A stretch of DNA of 64,000 nucleotides, taken from the NCBI GenBank assembly GCA_944350315.1, contig CALVON010000041.1:7093-71092 (forward strand). The letters run 5' to 3'. Shown piece by piece: positions 9,403-19,653 of this stretch (position 1 is its first letter; each line of letters begins with the position of its first letter). The position numbers and the translations under genes are program-made. The stretch is from an uncultured Bacilli bacterium. Lineage in GTDB: Bacteria > Bacillota_I > Bacilli_A > RF39 > UBA660. Below the pieces are notes generated by a model. It saw nothing but the letters and a program-made list of their open reading frames with translations, was not told the DNA's origin and made no database searches.

Positions 9403-10157
9403 GTAAATAGATTATTTAATATTAAGCTAATACTCATAAATATAAAACCAGTAATTATAAATATAATGCTTTTTTTCTTATCGTATTCATACCCTGTAGG
9501 TAATAATTTATTAAACGATATTTGAAGCATTATACCGGCAATAAAACCAAATAAAAGACCTAATATTAAGTTATTTATATATTTTTCTAATATAAAGTAA
9601 GTAAGTATTGCTCCAAATAATTCTGATATAGCAGATATAAAGGTATATAAAATAGCTTTAGCTCTACTATTAGTAGAATAGTATATTGGTATAGCAATAC
9701 TGATTCCTTCAGGAATATTGTGTAGAGCAATTGCAATACATAAAGATACTCCTAATACAAGATTTTGCTTACTAACAATAAATGATAAAATACCTTCAGG
9801 AATATTGTGCAAAATAATAGCTATCATAGATAGTATTCCTACTTTGTATAAGTTTGTTTTATTATTAATTTTATCAATTGCTTTATCTAAATTCCATGAT
9901 ACATTTATACCAATAGTAATAGATAAAAAAGTTACTAAAATTAAAATATAAGTATCAAAATTATCTTTTAAATAATTTATTGATTCAGGAATGAGATCAA
10001 ATATCGATATACATATCATTACACCTGAAGCAAAGGCACAAGAAGCGCCAATTAAAGAATTTGTATTTTTAATTTTTACAAAAATTGGTAAAGTACCAAT
10101 CATTGTCGCTAAACCAGCTAATGTAGTTAAAATAAAAGGATATAGCATATTTATCAC
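9399..10157 (-). CDS. zupT: ZIP-family zinc transporter ZupT
   Basis: 252 aa polytopic protein with two HNIPEG motifs. Confidence 0.8.
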   Translation of the reverse strand: MINMLYPFILTTLAGLATMIGTLPIFVKIKNTNSLIGASCAFASGVMICISIFDLIPESINYLKDNFDTYILILVTFLSITIGINVSWNLDKAIDKINNKTNLYKVGILSMIAIILHNIPEGILSFIVSKQNLVLGVSLCIAIALHNIPEGISIAIPIYYSTNSRAKAILYTFISAISELFGAILTYFILEKYINNLILGLLFGFIAGIMLQISFNKLLPTGYEYDKKKSIIFIITGFIFMSISLILNNLFT

Positions 10158-10255
10158 CTAATTAATTATATGAAAATAAATAGACCAATATTTACATCTT
10201 ATAAGAATAGTCAAATGGAGCAAATTAATAATGTAGTCTAAAGGAGTGATAGACT

Positions 10256-11227
10256 ATGAAAAAATTTACTTTGTTCTTGCTGATTCTTTATTTGATTATT
10301 CCCGTATCCGTTTTTGCATATTCTGATTATGTAATTGCTTCAGGACAAAATATAGGTATTGAGTTAAAGTCAGATAATCCAATTATTGTCGGATCATATA
10401 ATATTGATAATTACAATATTTTAACTGATTCTGATTTAAAAATAGGCGATAAAATTCTCAAAATTAATGATACTGAAGTTTTTACTGCTGCCGATGTTAA
10501 TCAAGCAATAAAAAATCTATCTAATGACAAAGTAACAATTACATATGAAAGAAATGACAAAGAATATCAGTCTACTATTAAACTACATAAAGAAGGAAAT
10601 GAATATAAGACAGGACTTTACATTAAAGATACTATAAGAGGAGTAGCTACACTTACTTATATCGATGTAGATAATAAAACTTTCGGTGCTTTAGGACACG
10701 AAATAATAGAAAAATCTACTAAAAGTAAATTTGATATGACTACTGGAGCAATATATAAATCGACAGTTACAAGTATTACTAGAAGTGAAGATGGTAATCC
10801 CGGTGAAAAAAATGCTCAAAGTGATTCTTCTTCAATATATGGTGATGTTTTTGAAAATACAACAAGTGGTATATTTGGTGCTTATACTGATGATATCCCT
10901 AATGCAAAAATGTATAAAGTCGCCACCTCCGATGAAATTAAGTTAGGGGAAGCTTCAATACTGACTGTAATTGATGGAAATAATGTTGAAGAATTTGATA
11001 TCAATATTATTAAAATAAATGAAAATTCAAATACTAAAAACATCCTTTTTGAAGTAACTGATGAAGAACTTCTTAATAAAACTGGTGGAATAGTTCAAGG
11101 AATGAGCGGTAGTCCAATAATTCAAGGTGATAATATAATAGGTGCTGTTAATTATGTTTTAGTTGATAAAACAGATAAAGGATATGGAATATTTATAACA
11201 AATATGTTAGAAGAAGCAGAAAACTAG
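10256..11227 (+). CDS. spoIVB: SpoIVB-like sporulation serine peptidase (S55, PDZ-containing)
   Basis: 323 aa with a signal/TM segment. C-terminal GMSGSPIIQGDNIIGAVNYVLVDKTDKGYGIFI matches the SpoIVB catalytic region. A terminator hairpin ctaggaag/cttcctag lies at 11224-11256. Confidence 0.75.
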   Translation: MKKFTLFLLILYLIIPVSVFAYSDYVIASGQNIGIELKSDNPIIVGSYNIDNYNILTDSDLKIGDKILKINDTEVFTAADVNQAIKNLSNDKVTITYERNDKEYQSTIKLHKEGNEYKTGLYIKDTIRGVATLTYIDVDNKTFGALGHEIIEKSTKSKFDMTTGAIYKSTVTSITRSEDGNPGEKNAQSDSSSIYGDVFENTTSGIFGAYTDDIPNAKMYKVATSDEIKLGEASILTVIDGNNVEEFDINIIKINENSNTKNILFEVTDEELLNKTGGIVQGMSGSPIIQGDNIIGAVNYVLVDKTDKGYGIFITNMLEEAEN

Positions 11228-11362
11228 GAAGAAAACTTCCTAGTTTGTTTTTAAAATTTATTTTACATAGCATGTTAAATTTTATTAATTAACTAATTAT
11301 TATTTTAATTTATATAAAATGAAGATAAAATATATTTAAGTTTTACATAGAAGGTGTAGTAT

Positions 11363-12754
11363 ATGGTAGTAAAAAGAAGAATAAATTTAATATTTAAAAT
11401 TATTATATGTATCATTATTTTATTATTAATATTTATATATATATTTAATAAAGTTAATCAAAAAGAAAAAATAGTTAATAATAATTTACAAGAAGAAAGT
11501 AATGAAGTACACATACTTGAAAATAATGATATGTATACTCTAAAAATAGATTATCATAAATATAATATAGATGTTATTGATGAAGCTATTGAAAACTATG
11601 TTAAGATGAAAAAAGAAGAATTTTTAAGAAGTATTAATGAAAATAATAGTATGAAGTATGATTTTATTTTACAAGTAGTTAGTAATGAATATAATAATAT
11701 TTTAAACATTCATATGAATACTTTGTCTTATACTGGTGGAGCTCATTATGTAAGAGATGATAACTCACTACATTATAATATGATTGAAAAGAAGTTCGTC
11801 AATTTAACTGATTTCTTTAAAGATAGTGCTTCTTTTTCTAAAATAGATGATATTGTATACTATTACTTGAAAAAATTAGATGAAAATCATGAATATAATT
11901 TTGATGATTCATGGGTAAGAAAAGGAATTGCTCCTAATACAGCTAATTATAGTCATTTTAATTTAAATGAAGAAGGATTAGAAATTTTATTTGTACCATA
12001 TCAAATTGCCCCATGGTCAAGTGGAGAAATAAAAATAATTATTCCATATGATGAATTAAATGAGTTATTAAAAGAAGAATATATTTCTGAATATCATGAG
12101 TCAGAGGAAGAAAATCTTATACCAGAAATAAGAGATTTAAGTAAATATGAAGATAAGAAATTAATTGCATTTACTTTTGATGATGGCCCTAATACAAGTA
12201 CTACTAACATTTTATTAGATAATTTAGATAAATATGATGCAAGAGTTACCTTTTTTGTACTAGGTAGTAGGGTAGATAGTCATAGTGAAGTATTAAAAAG
12301 AGCTTATTTAATGGGAAATCAAATTGGAAGTCATACATATAGTCATAAAAATTTATTACTATTAGAAAATAATGAAATATTAAACGAAATAAATAATACT
12401 AATGATAAAATAAAAGAAGTAATTGGCGTTTATCCAAAAATAATAAGACCTCCATATGGTAATACTAATGAAAATATTAAAAAAATAAGTGATTTAAAGA
12501 CAATTTTATGGGATGTGGACACTTTAGACTGGAAATATCGTGATGCTAATAACGTATGCAATGAAATATTAAAATCGTCTCATGATGGGGCAATAGTTCT
12601 TCTTCATGATATATATAAATCTTCTATTGATGGGGCATTAATGGCTATGGATAAATTAGAAGATGATGGATATGCATTTGTAACTATTGAAGAGATGGCT
12701 ATTTTAAAAAATAGAGAATTAGATAATGAGATAACGTACTATAATTTTAAATAA
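11363..12754 (+). CDS. Polysaccharide deacetylase (NodB domain) with an N-terminal DUF3298/DUF4163-like domain
   Basis: 463 aa with an N-terminal TM segment. The NodB motifs FTFDDGP and HTYSH are present. Confidence 0.75.
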   Translation: MVVKRRINLIFKIIICIIILLLIFIYIFNKVNQKEKIVNNNLQEESNEVHILENNDMYTLKIDYHKYNIDVIDEAIENYVKMKKEEFLRSINENNSMKYDFILQVVSNEYNNILNIHMNTLSYTGGAHYVRDDNSLHYNMIEKKFVNLTDFFKDSASFSKIDDIVYYYLKKLDENHEYNFDDSWVRKGIAPNTANYSHFNLNEEGLEILFVPYQIAPWSSGEIKIIIPYDELNELLKEEYISEYHESEEENLIPEIRDLSKYEDKKLIAFTFDDGPNTSTTNILLDNLDKYDARVTFFVLGSRVDSHSEVLKRAYLMGNQIGSHTYSHKNLLLLENNEILNEINNTNDKIKEVIGVYPKIIRPPYGNTNENIKKISDLKTILWDVDTLDWKYRDANNVCNEILKSSHDGAIVLLHDIYKSSIDGALMAMDKLEDDGYAFVTIEEMAILKNRELDNEITYYNFK

Positions 12755-12781
12755 AAATAATCAGTTCATTACCGATTATTT

Positions 12782-14101
12782 TTATTTTGTAATATCTTTT
12801 TTATAATTAAGATTTTCATATTTAATGGTTAGATTTTCTTTTCCAGGTATTTTAAATTTTAAAACTGTTTCATTTGGAATATATTTACAGACATTTTCTA
12901 AATAAAGGGGATCACCTGACGAAATAATATCTCTATATGATAACCATTCTAAATTATTTAAATCACATAATTGTTCAATAGTAAAGCCTGTACATTCACT
13001 ACATTTTTGTAATACTTTTTCAAGATAATTATCTCCATAATTATAAGCAGTAACTGCTAGAGCAATATTATAATTATATTTAGTTAGTAGATTTTGTAAC
13101 ATCATACAACCAACTTTAATATTTTCAAACACATCACTTACTTTTTCTTCTGTTATAGTAACAGTTTCATATTCATTTGTATCAAAATTATAAGCGGTAA
13201 TTGTTTTACCATCCCAATTCCAAGAACCTCTTACTTGTATTTGAAACAATCCAATAGCACCACCTTCATCAACCGCACTACTGTGTAGTCCTCTTTCATG
13301 AGTACCTATAGCTAAAGCTAATTTATGATCTACTCCATACATGTTAGCATATTTTTCAATAGCATCTGAATAGTAGGCATTAGCAACATAATATTTTTCT
13401 GTGTCAGTTAAATTGTCAGCTTCAATCATAAAAACTGCATCTATCTTTTCTGGATCTTCAAAAGCAATTTCTTGGCCATTGGTGACTTTTTCTATTACTA
13501 CTCTTTCTGGTAATTCTTCTTGTGGTGGCTCTATAATTATTTCTTGAGTTGTTTGATTTTGATTAGTATCTTTATTACTAATATCAATATCTTCTACAAT
13601 ATTACTAGGTTCAAAATCAAATTGTAGTCCAGTGTCAACTTCCATATTTTTAAGTTGTTCTATTGTTAATGGCTGATAAGCATCTGCATTTAATATACTA
13701 TTTGTAGCAATTCCTGTACTTAAAGCTACTACTATCGATGCAAGTACGATAATTGTTTTTCTCTTTATTGGGGAGGTTCTAGTAATTTTCTTCTGCTTAG
13801 GTAAATCGCTTTCTATATCACAAGTTTTTTTAATATATTTTTTAAATGCTTCTGATTGTCTTTTATAACTTTTCATCTCAATATAATCTACATCACAAAA
13901 AGTTACAGCTTTTCCATTTTCATATTCTTCCGATATTATATATTGCTCTGGATACTTATCTTTAAAATGGTAATACATTTTTAAAAGTTCTTCAGGTGAT
14001 AATTCAATTTTACTTAACATCTTAAAATCATCAATTTGTTCAATATACATACAACTTACTAATTGATTTGCATTATTGAATCTAAAAATAACATTATCCA
14101 T
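12782..14101 (-). CDS. Membrane-anchored lytic transglycosylase (SLT domain) with an N-terminal cytoplasmic domain
   Basis: 439 aa. SLT motifs ERGLHSSAV, GAIGLFQIQ and AYNYG. One TM helix near residue 115. Confidence 0.65.
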   Translation of the reverse strand: MDNVIFRFNNANQLVSCMYIEQIDDFKMLSKIELSPEELLKMYYHFKDKYPEQYIISEEYENGKAVTFCDVDYIEMKSYKRQSEAFKKYIKKTCDIESDLPKQKKITRTSPIKRKTIIVLASIVVALSTGIATNSILNADAYQPLTIEQLKNMEVDTGLQFDFEPSNIVEDIDISNKDTNQNQTTQEIIIEPPQEELPERVVIEKVTNGQEIAFEDPEKIDAVFMIEADNLTDTEKYYVANAYYSDAIEKYANMYGVDHKLALAIGTHERGLHSSAVDEGGAIGLFQIQVRGSWNWDGKTITAYNFDTNEYETVTITEEKVSDVFENIKVGCMMLQNLLTKYNYNIALAVTAYNYGDNYLEKVLQKCSECTGFTIEQLCDLNNLEWLSYRDIISSGDPLYLENVCKYIPNETVLKFKIPGKENLTIKYENLNYKKDITK

Positions 14102-14393
14102 TTTTAGCTAACTCCCTATCAATATAATCCCATTCAGTATCATCAGTAATTTCATCTAAAACCATTTTATTACCATTAAAGATATATGAAGAAGCATAGT
14201 AATTTTCCCCATCAGTATATATAATATAATTCTTTTTTCTTTCTTTATTTTCTAAAAAACCATAAACTGTATAATTTTTAGTTTCGCCATTTTCTATTAT
14301 ACTTATTACATTATCTATCATAATCATTCTCCCAATACAATTATTTACTTTTTTGATTTGTTTGTCAACATAAACAATAGAAAATAATATCAA
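14094..14393 (-). CDS. DUF1292-like small protein
   Basis: 99 aa. Overlaps the start of the SLT gene, consistent with an operon. Confidence 0.45.
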   Translation of the reverse strand: MILFSIVYVDKQIKKVNNCIGRMIMIDNVISIIENGETKNYTVYGFLENKERKKNYIIYTDGENYYASSYIFNGNKMVLDEITDDTEWDYIDRELAKNG

Positions 14394-14490
14394 AATGTCA
14401 ATTTAATAAATAGAGTGATATTATAGATGTTGACATTATTACTTTCTTTGATATATAATTATTTATATAAAGTAAGGTGGGTAAAAGTAA

Positions 14491-15303
14491 ATGATTGAAA
14501 ATGATAAAATTATAAATAGCATCAACATTAATAATTTAGTAGATAATCAACTTATAAATGAGTCGGTAAATAATATTAATAGCGAGAAATTTAGCTTTGA
14601 TGTAAAAAAAGCTGATGTTTTAGATTCTTCATCAGGAAAAATGCATGTGTTTGGAACGGAAAACATACCTGACTATAATAATGGTGGTGTTCGCCCTGGT
14701 AGTAATATAGAATTTTATGCCTGGGGTTTTGATTCACCAGAATCTGGGATAACAGGAGTAGCAAATAATCCTACAACACCGATTGATAATGTTACAATAA
14801 AGTTTTCTGGAGCTGGTGGTTTTACAAAAGACGATAAGGCTTTAATTGATATGCTAGATGAAAATGGTGCTATTAGTCCTGTTATTTTAGGTGGAAGTAC
14901 TAAAAGTAATGCCTATACTGACTTTTTAAGTGCTTCCATGGGTAATGATTATCCACCTAAAACTATTAATTTTGAAGGCTTTAGTGCAGGATGCCGAAGC
15001 GCGACTCATGCTGCTGGTTCTTATATTAATCAACAGTTGTTAGAAGGAAATGAAATAGATTCAGTAAATTTAACCCTTTGTGATCCGGGTACGCAAAAAG
15101 AAAACAATTTTCTTTTATCAACCAATTATGGAGAATATGACGTGAATTCATATGAAGAACAACTACAAAAATTAAAATCTGATGATTTGCAACTATTAGT
15201 AGAAATGGTTAGCAATGGATGTTCGGATAGTGAAATTATTGATAAAATTTTAACAATGAAATTACAATTGCTCCTAGTGACTTATCAACGTACTTTGCTT
15301 TAA
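14491..15303 (+). CDS. Hypothetical protein, probable 5' part of a frameshifted gene
   Basis: 270 aa. Contains a GxSxG-like nucleophile elbow EGFSAGC. An open frame (+2) resumes at 15246 and reads straight into the next ORF. See findings. Confidence 0.5.
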   Translation: MIENDKIINSININNLVDNQLINESVNNINSEKFSFDVKKADVLDSSSGKMHVFGTENIPDYNNGGVRPGSNIEFYAWGFDSPESGITGVANNPTTPIDNVTIKFSGAGGFTKDDKALIDMLDENGAISPVILGGSTKSNAYTDFLSASMGNDYPPKTINFEGFSAGCRSATHAAGSYINQQLLEGNEIDSVNLTLCDPGTQKENNFLLSTNYGEYDVNSYEEQLQKLKSDDLQLLVEMVSNGCSDSEIIDKILTMKLQLLLVTYQRTLL

Positions 15304-15341
15304 AAAATAATAAACCAACAGTAAATATATTTGTAGGAATA

Positions 15342-16001
15342 ATGAGTGATGCTCCTTGGGACACGCGAGAAGACTTTCAAGTTTTAGGAAACTGTACTGA
15401 AAAATTAATGGTTTATAAGTTTAATGCTATTCATTCTGGGGGATATATTGATGGAAAAAAGGGAATAAATCTAATTTTTAATGAAATATTTGGTAATAAT
15501 TCTGCTGTAGTTGACGAAGAAAAATTAAAGCTTATTGTTAATCATCCACAATTTGAAGTTATTGGTGTTTATAGTAAAGAACTAGGTGGATTTGAAAAAT
15601 ATACAAAAGAAGATTTGATTGATGAAAATGGTGATTACACTAGTAAATTTTATGAATTACTTTCAATTTCTGAATTTGATATTACCAATCAAAAACTATC
15701 TTCTTTTAGAAATAACTTAATTTTTAAACTAAATTATGAACATTTATATAATCATCAAGAAAAAATTTTTAGAGAAAATCAAAATAGTTACAATAATATA
15801 AATGGATTATCTAAAAATTCATATTCAGGAGATGCTCCAACGTTGTTTACCGAAGATGAAATTTTAAGTGAGTATTATCAAAAAACAATAACTTTATTAA
15901 AAAAAATTAATAAAGAAATTGAAGATTCATTGTATGTTGCAGAGGAAACTATTATGACTGATAGTGAATTAACAAACATTGGTAATTCATTGCAACAATA
16001 A
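15342..16001 (+). CDS. Hypothetical protein, probable 3' part of the same frameshifted gene
   Basis: 219 aa. Its reading frame is open upstream to 15246, reading NFNNEITIAPSDLSTYFALKNNKPTVNIFVGIM, with no stop. Confidence 0.5.
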   Translation: MSDAPWDTREDFQVLGNCTEKLMVYKFNAIHSGGYIDGKKGINLIFNEIFGNNSAVVDEEKLKLIVNHPQFEVIGVYSKELGGFEKYTKEDLIDENGDYTSKFYELLSISEFDITNQKLSSFRNNLIFKLNYEHLYNHQEKIFRENQNSYNNINGLSKNSYSGDAPTLFTEDEILSEYYQKTITLLKKINKEIEDSLYVAEETIMTDSELTNIGNSLQQ

Positions 16002-16022
16002 TATAAAAAGGAGTGTTATTAA

Positions 16023-16601
16023 ATGTTATTAAAAAGAAGTGATATTAATTTGGCCGAAAATTCAATATTAAAACGCAAGTTGGAAAACGAGGGTCAACTG
16101 TCAAATAGTTTATCATATAAAATTGAAGGATTTGTTTATAGTTCCGCAAATGAATTAGTAGGTGACAGTTGGGATATAATAAGAAAAAAATATTTATATG
16201 CAATAAATGCTTTAAAGATAAGAAAAATCATGGCAGGCGATTTTTTTGATTTAGTTTCCAATGTTAATTTAAAACTCTATCAATATCTAGATATGGGTGG
16301 AGCAGACGAAGCTGATGATTCTAAAATACCGGAAATAATTCAAGAATTATCTGATGCAGAGGAAGCACTTGCCATTGCAGAAGCGGGATGGTATTCTACA
16401 AATCCATTGACTGGAAAAACTGAACATTATGTGAATGAAGCTGAAGTAGCAAGACTAAAAGCATTGATTGCTGAATTAAAGAGAATTTTAGAATGGTTAA
16501 AAAAACTAGAACCAACAGTTACAATGACAAATAATATATTAAATTCAAATTATTCGCGCATAAATACATATTATAATGCTATATTAAAGATGGATGAATA
16601 G
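16023..16601 (+). CDS. LXG-like N-terminal domain protein (truncated T7SS-type effector N-module?)
   Basis: 192 aa, all helical. The ANELVGDSWDIIRKKYLY segment resembles the LxG..AIRAFY core of LXG domains such as YeeF/TelC. No toxin domain follows. Confidence 0.4.
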   Translation: MLLKRSDINLAENSILKRKLENEGQLSNSLSYKIEGFVYSSANELVGDSWDIIRKKYLYAINALKIRKIMAGDFFDLVSNVNLKLYQYLDMGGADEADDSKIPEIIQELSDAEEALAIAEAGWYSTNPLTGKTEHYVNEAEVARLKALIAELKRILEWLKKLEPTVTMTNNILNSNYSRINTYYNAILKMDE

Positions 16602-16617
16602 GTGGTAGTTTGTATAT

Positions 16618-16968
16618 ATGGAAAATTTAGAAATTAAAAGTAAGCAAAAAGATGATGTAAAAAGCAAAATAAATGATGTTAATAAGCAATTAGAGTTACA
16701 AAAAAATAATTTAAACAAATTAGATACAAGCGAGGAACAATTGAGTGCTGTACATAAAAAAATAGAAAAATGCATCGACACAATGTCTCAGGCAATTAAA
16801 GGGCAAAAAATTAACAATAAATTTCGAGAAATACTCGATAATAATGATTTTAGTAGAAAAAATTTAAGAAATAGTTTTGATATGAAAAGACAAGAAATAA
16901 ATAGAGATATTCAACACTCTTATGATGAATTAGAAAAATTAGAAAAAATTAATAAAGATAATAATTAA
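16618..16968 (+). CDS. Coiled-coil protein, possibly a continuation of the LXG-like gene
   Basis: 116 aa with heptad-rich KQLELQKNNLNKL and KLEKINK segments. Starts 17 nt after the previous stop. A bidirectional terminator lies at 16973-17003. Confidence 0.4.
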   Translation: MENLEIKSKQKDDVKSKINDVNKQLELQKNNLNKLDTSEEQLSAVHKKIEKCIDTMSQAIKGQKINNKFREILDNNDFSRKNLRNSFDMKRQEINRDIQHSYDELEKLEKINKDNN

Positions 16969-16996
16969 AAAAAATCATTTTATTAGAATGATTTTT

Positions 16997-17899
16997 TTAA
17001 TTTATTCTACATTTAATTTTTCTATAACAATTACTAATATAAAATGAACTCAAAATACTTTGCTCAAATCCATCCATAAAATTTTGTAATCTTATTAATC
17101 TTTCTTTGCCTAAATAATTAATAATTTCTTCAAAACATAGATTTAAAAATAAAGCATCATTGATAGTACTAGAATCCGATGCTATATCTAAGCAATATAT
17201 TTCTCCTAAAAGATAAATAGCATAATTAAAAAATATACTAGAAAAATCAATCTTTGGCATATCTTCATCTTCTAATTTATCGATATCAAAATTACTTTTT
17301 AATGCTGTTATTTCAAAAAAATGATTTACAGTAAAAAAGTCATATTTTGCTACTTTAAAGTCTTCGATTAATCGCCTTGATATTTCTTTTTCGCTTTCAT
17401 TATAAGTTGGGGTATTATAAATAAGATGTTTCATTCTCTGAATAGCTCTTATGTATATACAAGTAATAGCTAAATCAAAATATTCATAAGTATCAGGATT
17501 CATTTCTTCTAAAAAACTTTCAATATTGTATTTTTTTGCAAAATCACTATTGCAGACAATAAAATCTATAAATTCAGTAGGATCAATATCTTTATCATCA
17601 TTCCTCATTTCATATAAAATTTCTTTATACCTAGTATATAAAAGATCGTTTGCAATATCATACTCTGATCCATTTAAAGATTTATTGCTTAATTTAGATA
17701 ATAAACTATCTACAGTATCAAAGTCTAATTCATCACATATAGAACTAGTAGCAAGAAAACACTCATCTAATTCGGAGACAGTACTTCTATATTCAGAAGT
17801 ATTTTCCATATTCTTAATTGATAAATTTCCTAATTTTTTATATTTATTAGATATATCTTTAGATATTTCTAAAAGTTCTGATAAAATATCATTTTCCAT
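16997..17899 (-). CDS. Hypothetical protein
   Basis: 300 aa, acidic, no motif recognised. Convergent with the LXG-like unit. Confidence 0.5.
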   Translation of the reverse strand: MENDILSELLEISKDISNKYKKLGNLSIKNMENTSEYRSTVSELDECFLATSSICDELDFDTVDSLLSKLSNKSLNGSEYDIANDLLYTRYKEILYEMRNDDKDIDPTEFIDFIVCNSDFAKKYNIESFLEEMNPDTYEYFDLAITCIYIRAIQRMKHLIYNTPTYNESEKEISRRLIEDFKVAKYDFFTVNHFFEITALKSNFDIDKLEDEDMPKIDFSSIFFNYAIYLLGEIYCLDIASDSSTINDALFLNLCFEEIINYLGKERLIRLQNFMDGFEQSILSSFYISNCYRKIKCRIN

Positions 17900-18013
17900 A
17901 AAAACCTCACATAAATAAAATATAATTTTCTATATACTTTATCACACATTTTTTAATTAGTAAATCTTTTTTTGCCGTTATTTTCTATATTTATATATTT
18001 TATTTATTTTTTA

Positions 18014-18042
18014 TTGACTAAAGTTAACATAGGAGTTATAAT
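18014..18042 (+). promoter_or_regulatory. SigA-type promoter (TTGACT-17-TATAAT)
   Basis: Perfect -35 at 18014-18019 and -10 at 18037-18042, with a 17-nt spacer, upstream of the surface protein gene. Confidence 0.5.
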
Positions 18043-18054
18043 TATTTTGGACGC

Positions 18055-18915
18055 GTGATTAGTTATATGAAATATGTTTTTAAATTATTTTATACAATTT
18101 TAATTGTATTCCTATTAACTACAAATGTCAAAGCCTTAACCGTAAGTGAAAATAATCTTAATATATCAGCTGGTAATACAAAAAATATTGAATTATCTAC
18201 AAATACAGATGCAAATCTGACTAGTGTTGAATTTACTTTAGTTTTTGATAGTTATGATGTACCAGCTTATTTTTCTGTAAATAGTATGTATACTGATACC
18301 AATCCAAACGGAATAACTCATAAGATTGTTTTTAATGAACCAACTGCGGGTAATATTGATTTGGGAACAGTAGTAGTTAGAGTAATTAACAATCCTACAA
18401 TAGTTGGTAGTAGTGTTAATATTCACAGTGCAAAGGGTACTACTGAAGATGGTAATATTATCAATTTAAATTCACAAACAATTAATATTAAAATAGGGGA
18501 AGAAACGGTAGAAAAGAATAAAGAGAATACCAAAGATTTACTTAAAGAAATTAATTCTGAAATAGTTAATATTAAACTAAAAGAAAATGTTTTTGAGTAT
18601 GAAGTAGCAATTGATAAAGATACATCAGAATTAGATCTATCACCAGTAGCTATCGATGATAAATATAAAGTAGAAGTATCTAATCAAAAGATTTCTGAAT
18701 TAGAAGATGATACAATTACGATAACAGTTAGTGATGATATAGATAAGTCAACATATAAAATAAATGTTAAAGTTAAAGAAGAAAATAATTCAGTAGAAAT
18801 AGATAATAGTGAATATAAAGAAGAAAAATCATATAAGGGGAAATGGATATTTCTTATTGTATGTTTAAGTATAATTTTATTTTTTGGGGTTTTAATAAAT
18901 AAAAAGTCTAAATAA
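18055..18915 (+). CDS. Cell-surface protein with signal peptide, beta-rich (cohesin/Ig-like) domain and C-terminal TM anchor
   Basis: 286 aa. Has an N-terminal signal sequence and a C-terminal WIFLIVCLSIILFFGVLINKKSK anchor. Confidence 0.55.
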   Translation: MISYMKYVFKLFYTILIVFLLTTNVKALTVSENNLNISAGNTKNIELSTNTDANLTSVEFTLVFDSYDVPAYFSVNSMYTDTNPNGITHKIVFNEPTAGNIDLGTVVVRVINNPTIVGSSVNIHSAKGTTEDGNIINLNSQTINIKIGEETVEKNKENTKDLLKEINSEIVNIKLKENVFEYEVAIDKDTSELDLSPVAIDDKYKVEVSNQKISELEDDTITITVSDDIDKSTYKINVKVKEENNSVEIDNSEYKEEKSYKGKWIFLIVCLSIILFFGVLINKKSK

Positions 18916-18930
18916 AGGGAGTGAATATTT

Positions 18931-19653
18931 ATGTATAAAAAGTTTGGTAAAAGAATATTAGATTTTATTATGGCAGTAATTTTATTGCTAGTAGCATGGC
19001 CTATATTATTAATAATTGCATTATTAATAAAAATAGATAGTAAAGGGCCAGTATTATTTAAACAAATTAGAACTGGGAGATATGGAAAAGAGTTTACTTT
19101 ATATAAGTTTAGAAGTATGACTTCAAAGAATGATTTTTATGATACTACAACAGAAGATCAAGTTACAAAAGTAGGAAAATTTATTAGAAAAACTTCATTA
19201 GATGAATTACCTCAAATATTTAATATAATTAAAGGGGATATGTCTTTTATAGGGCCTAGACCATGGATTGTAGACTATGCTAAATTATATACTAAACATC
19301 AAAGGAAAAGATTAAATGTATTACCAGGTATTACAGGATTAGCACAATGTAGTGGAAGAAACAATTTAAATATAATTGATAGAATAAATATAGATGTTGA
19401 TTATGTTAATAATATGTCTTTAAAATTAGATATATACATATTTATTAAAACTATTTTGAGTGTAATTAAAAAAGAAGGATTTAGTAATAGTAAATTAGCT
19501 ATTCATGAAGAATTACGAACATTAAAAAATCAGCATAAAAAAAATGTACATAGAGTAAATACCAAAAGAAGAAATAGAAAATCAACAATAACAAATAGTA
19601 TAAATAAAATCAATAAGAAAGATGAAAAAGTATTAGTGGGTAGTGGAGTATAA
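18931..19653 (+). CDS. Undecaprenyl-phosphate sugar phosphotransferase (bacterial sugar transferase, priming enzyme)
   Basis: 240 aa with an N-terminal TM segment. Conserved KFRSM...DELPQ..N..KGDMSFIGPRP motifs. Confidence 0.8.
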   Translation: MYKKFGKRILDFIMAVILLLVAWPILLIIALLIKIDSKGPVLFKQIRTGRYGKEFTLYKFRSMTSKNDFYDTTTEDQVTKVGKFIRKTSLDELPQIFNIIKGDMSFIGPRPWIVDYAKLYTKHQRKRLNVLPGITGLAQCSGRNNLNIIDRINIDVDYVNNMSLKLDIYIFIKTILSVIKKEGFSNSKLAIHEELRTLKNQHKKNVHRVNTKRRNRKSTITNSINKINKKDEKVLVGSGV

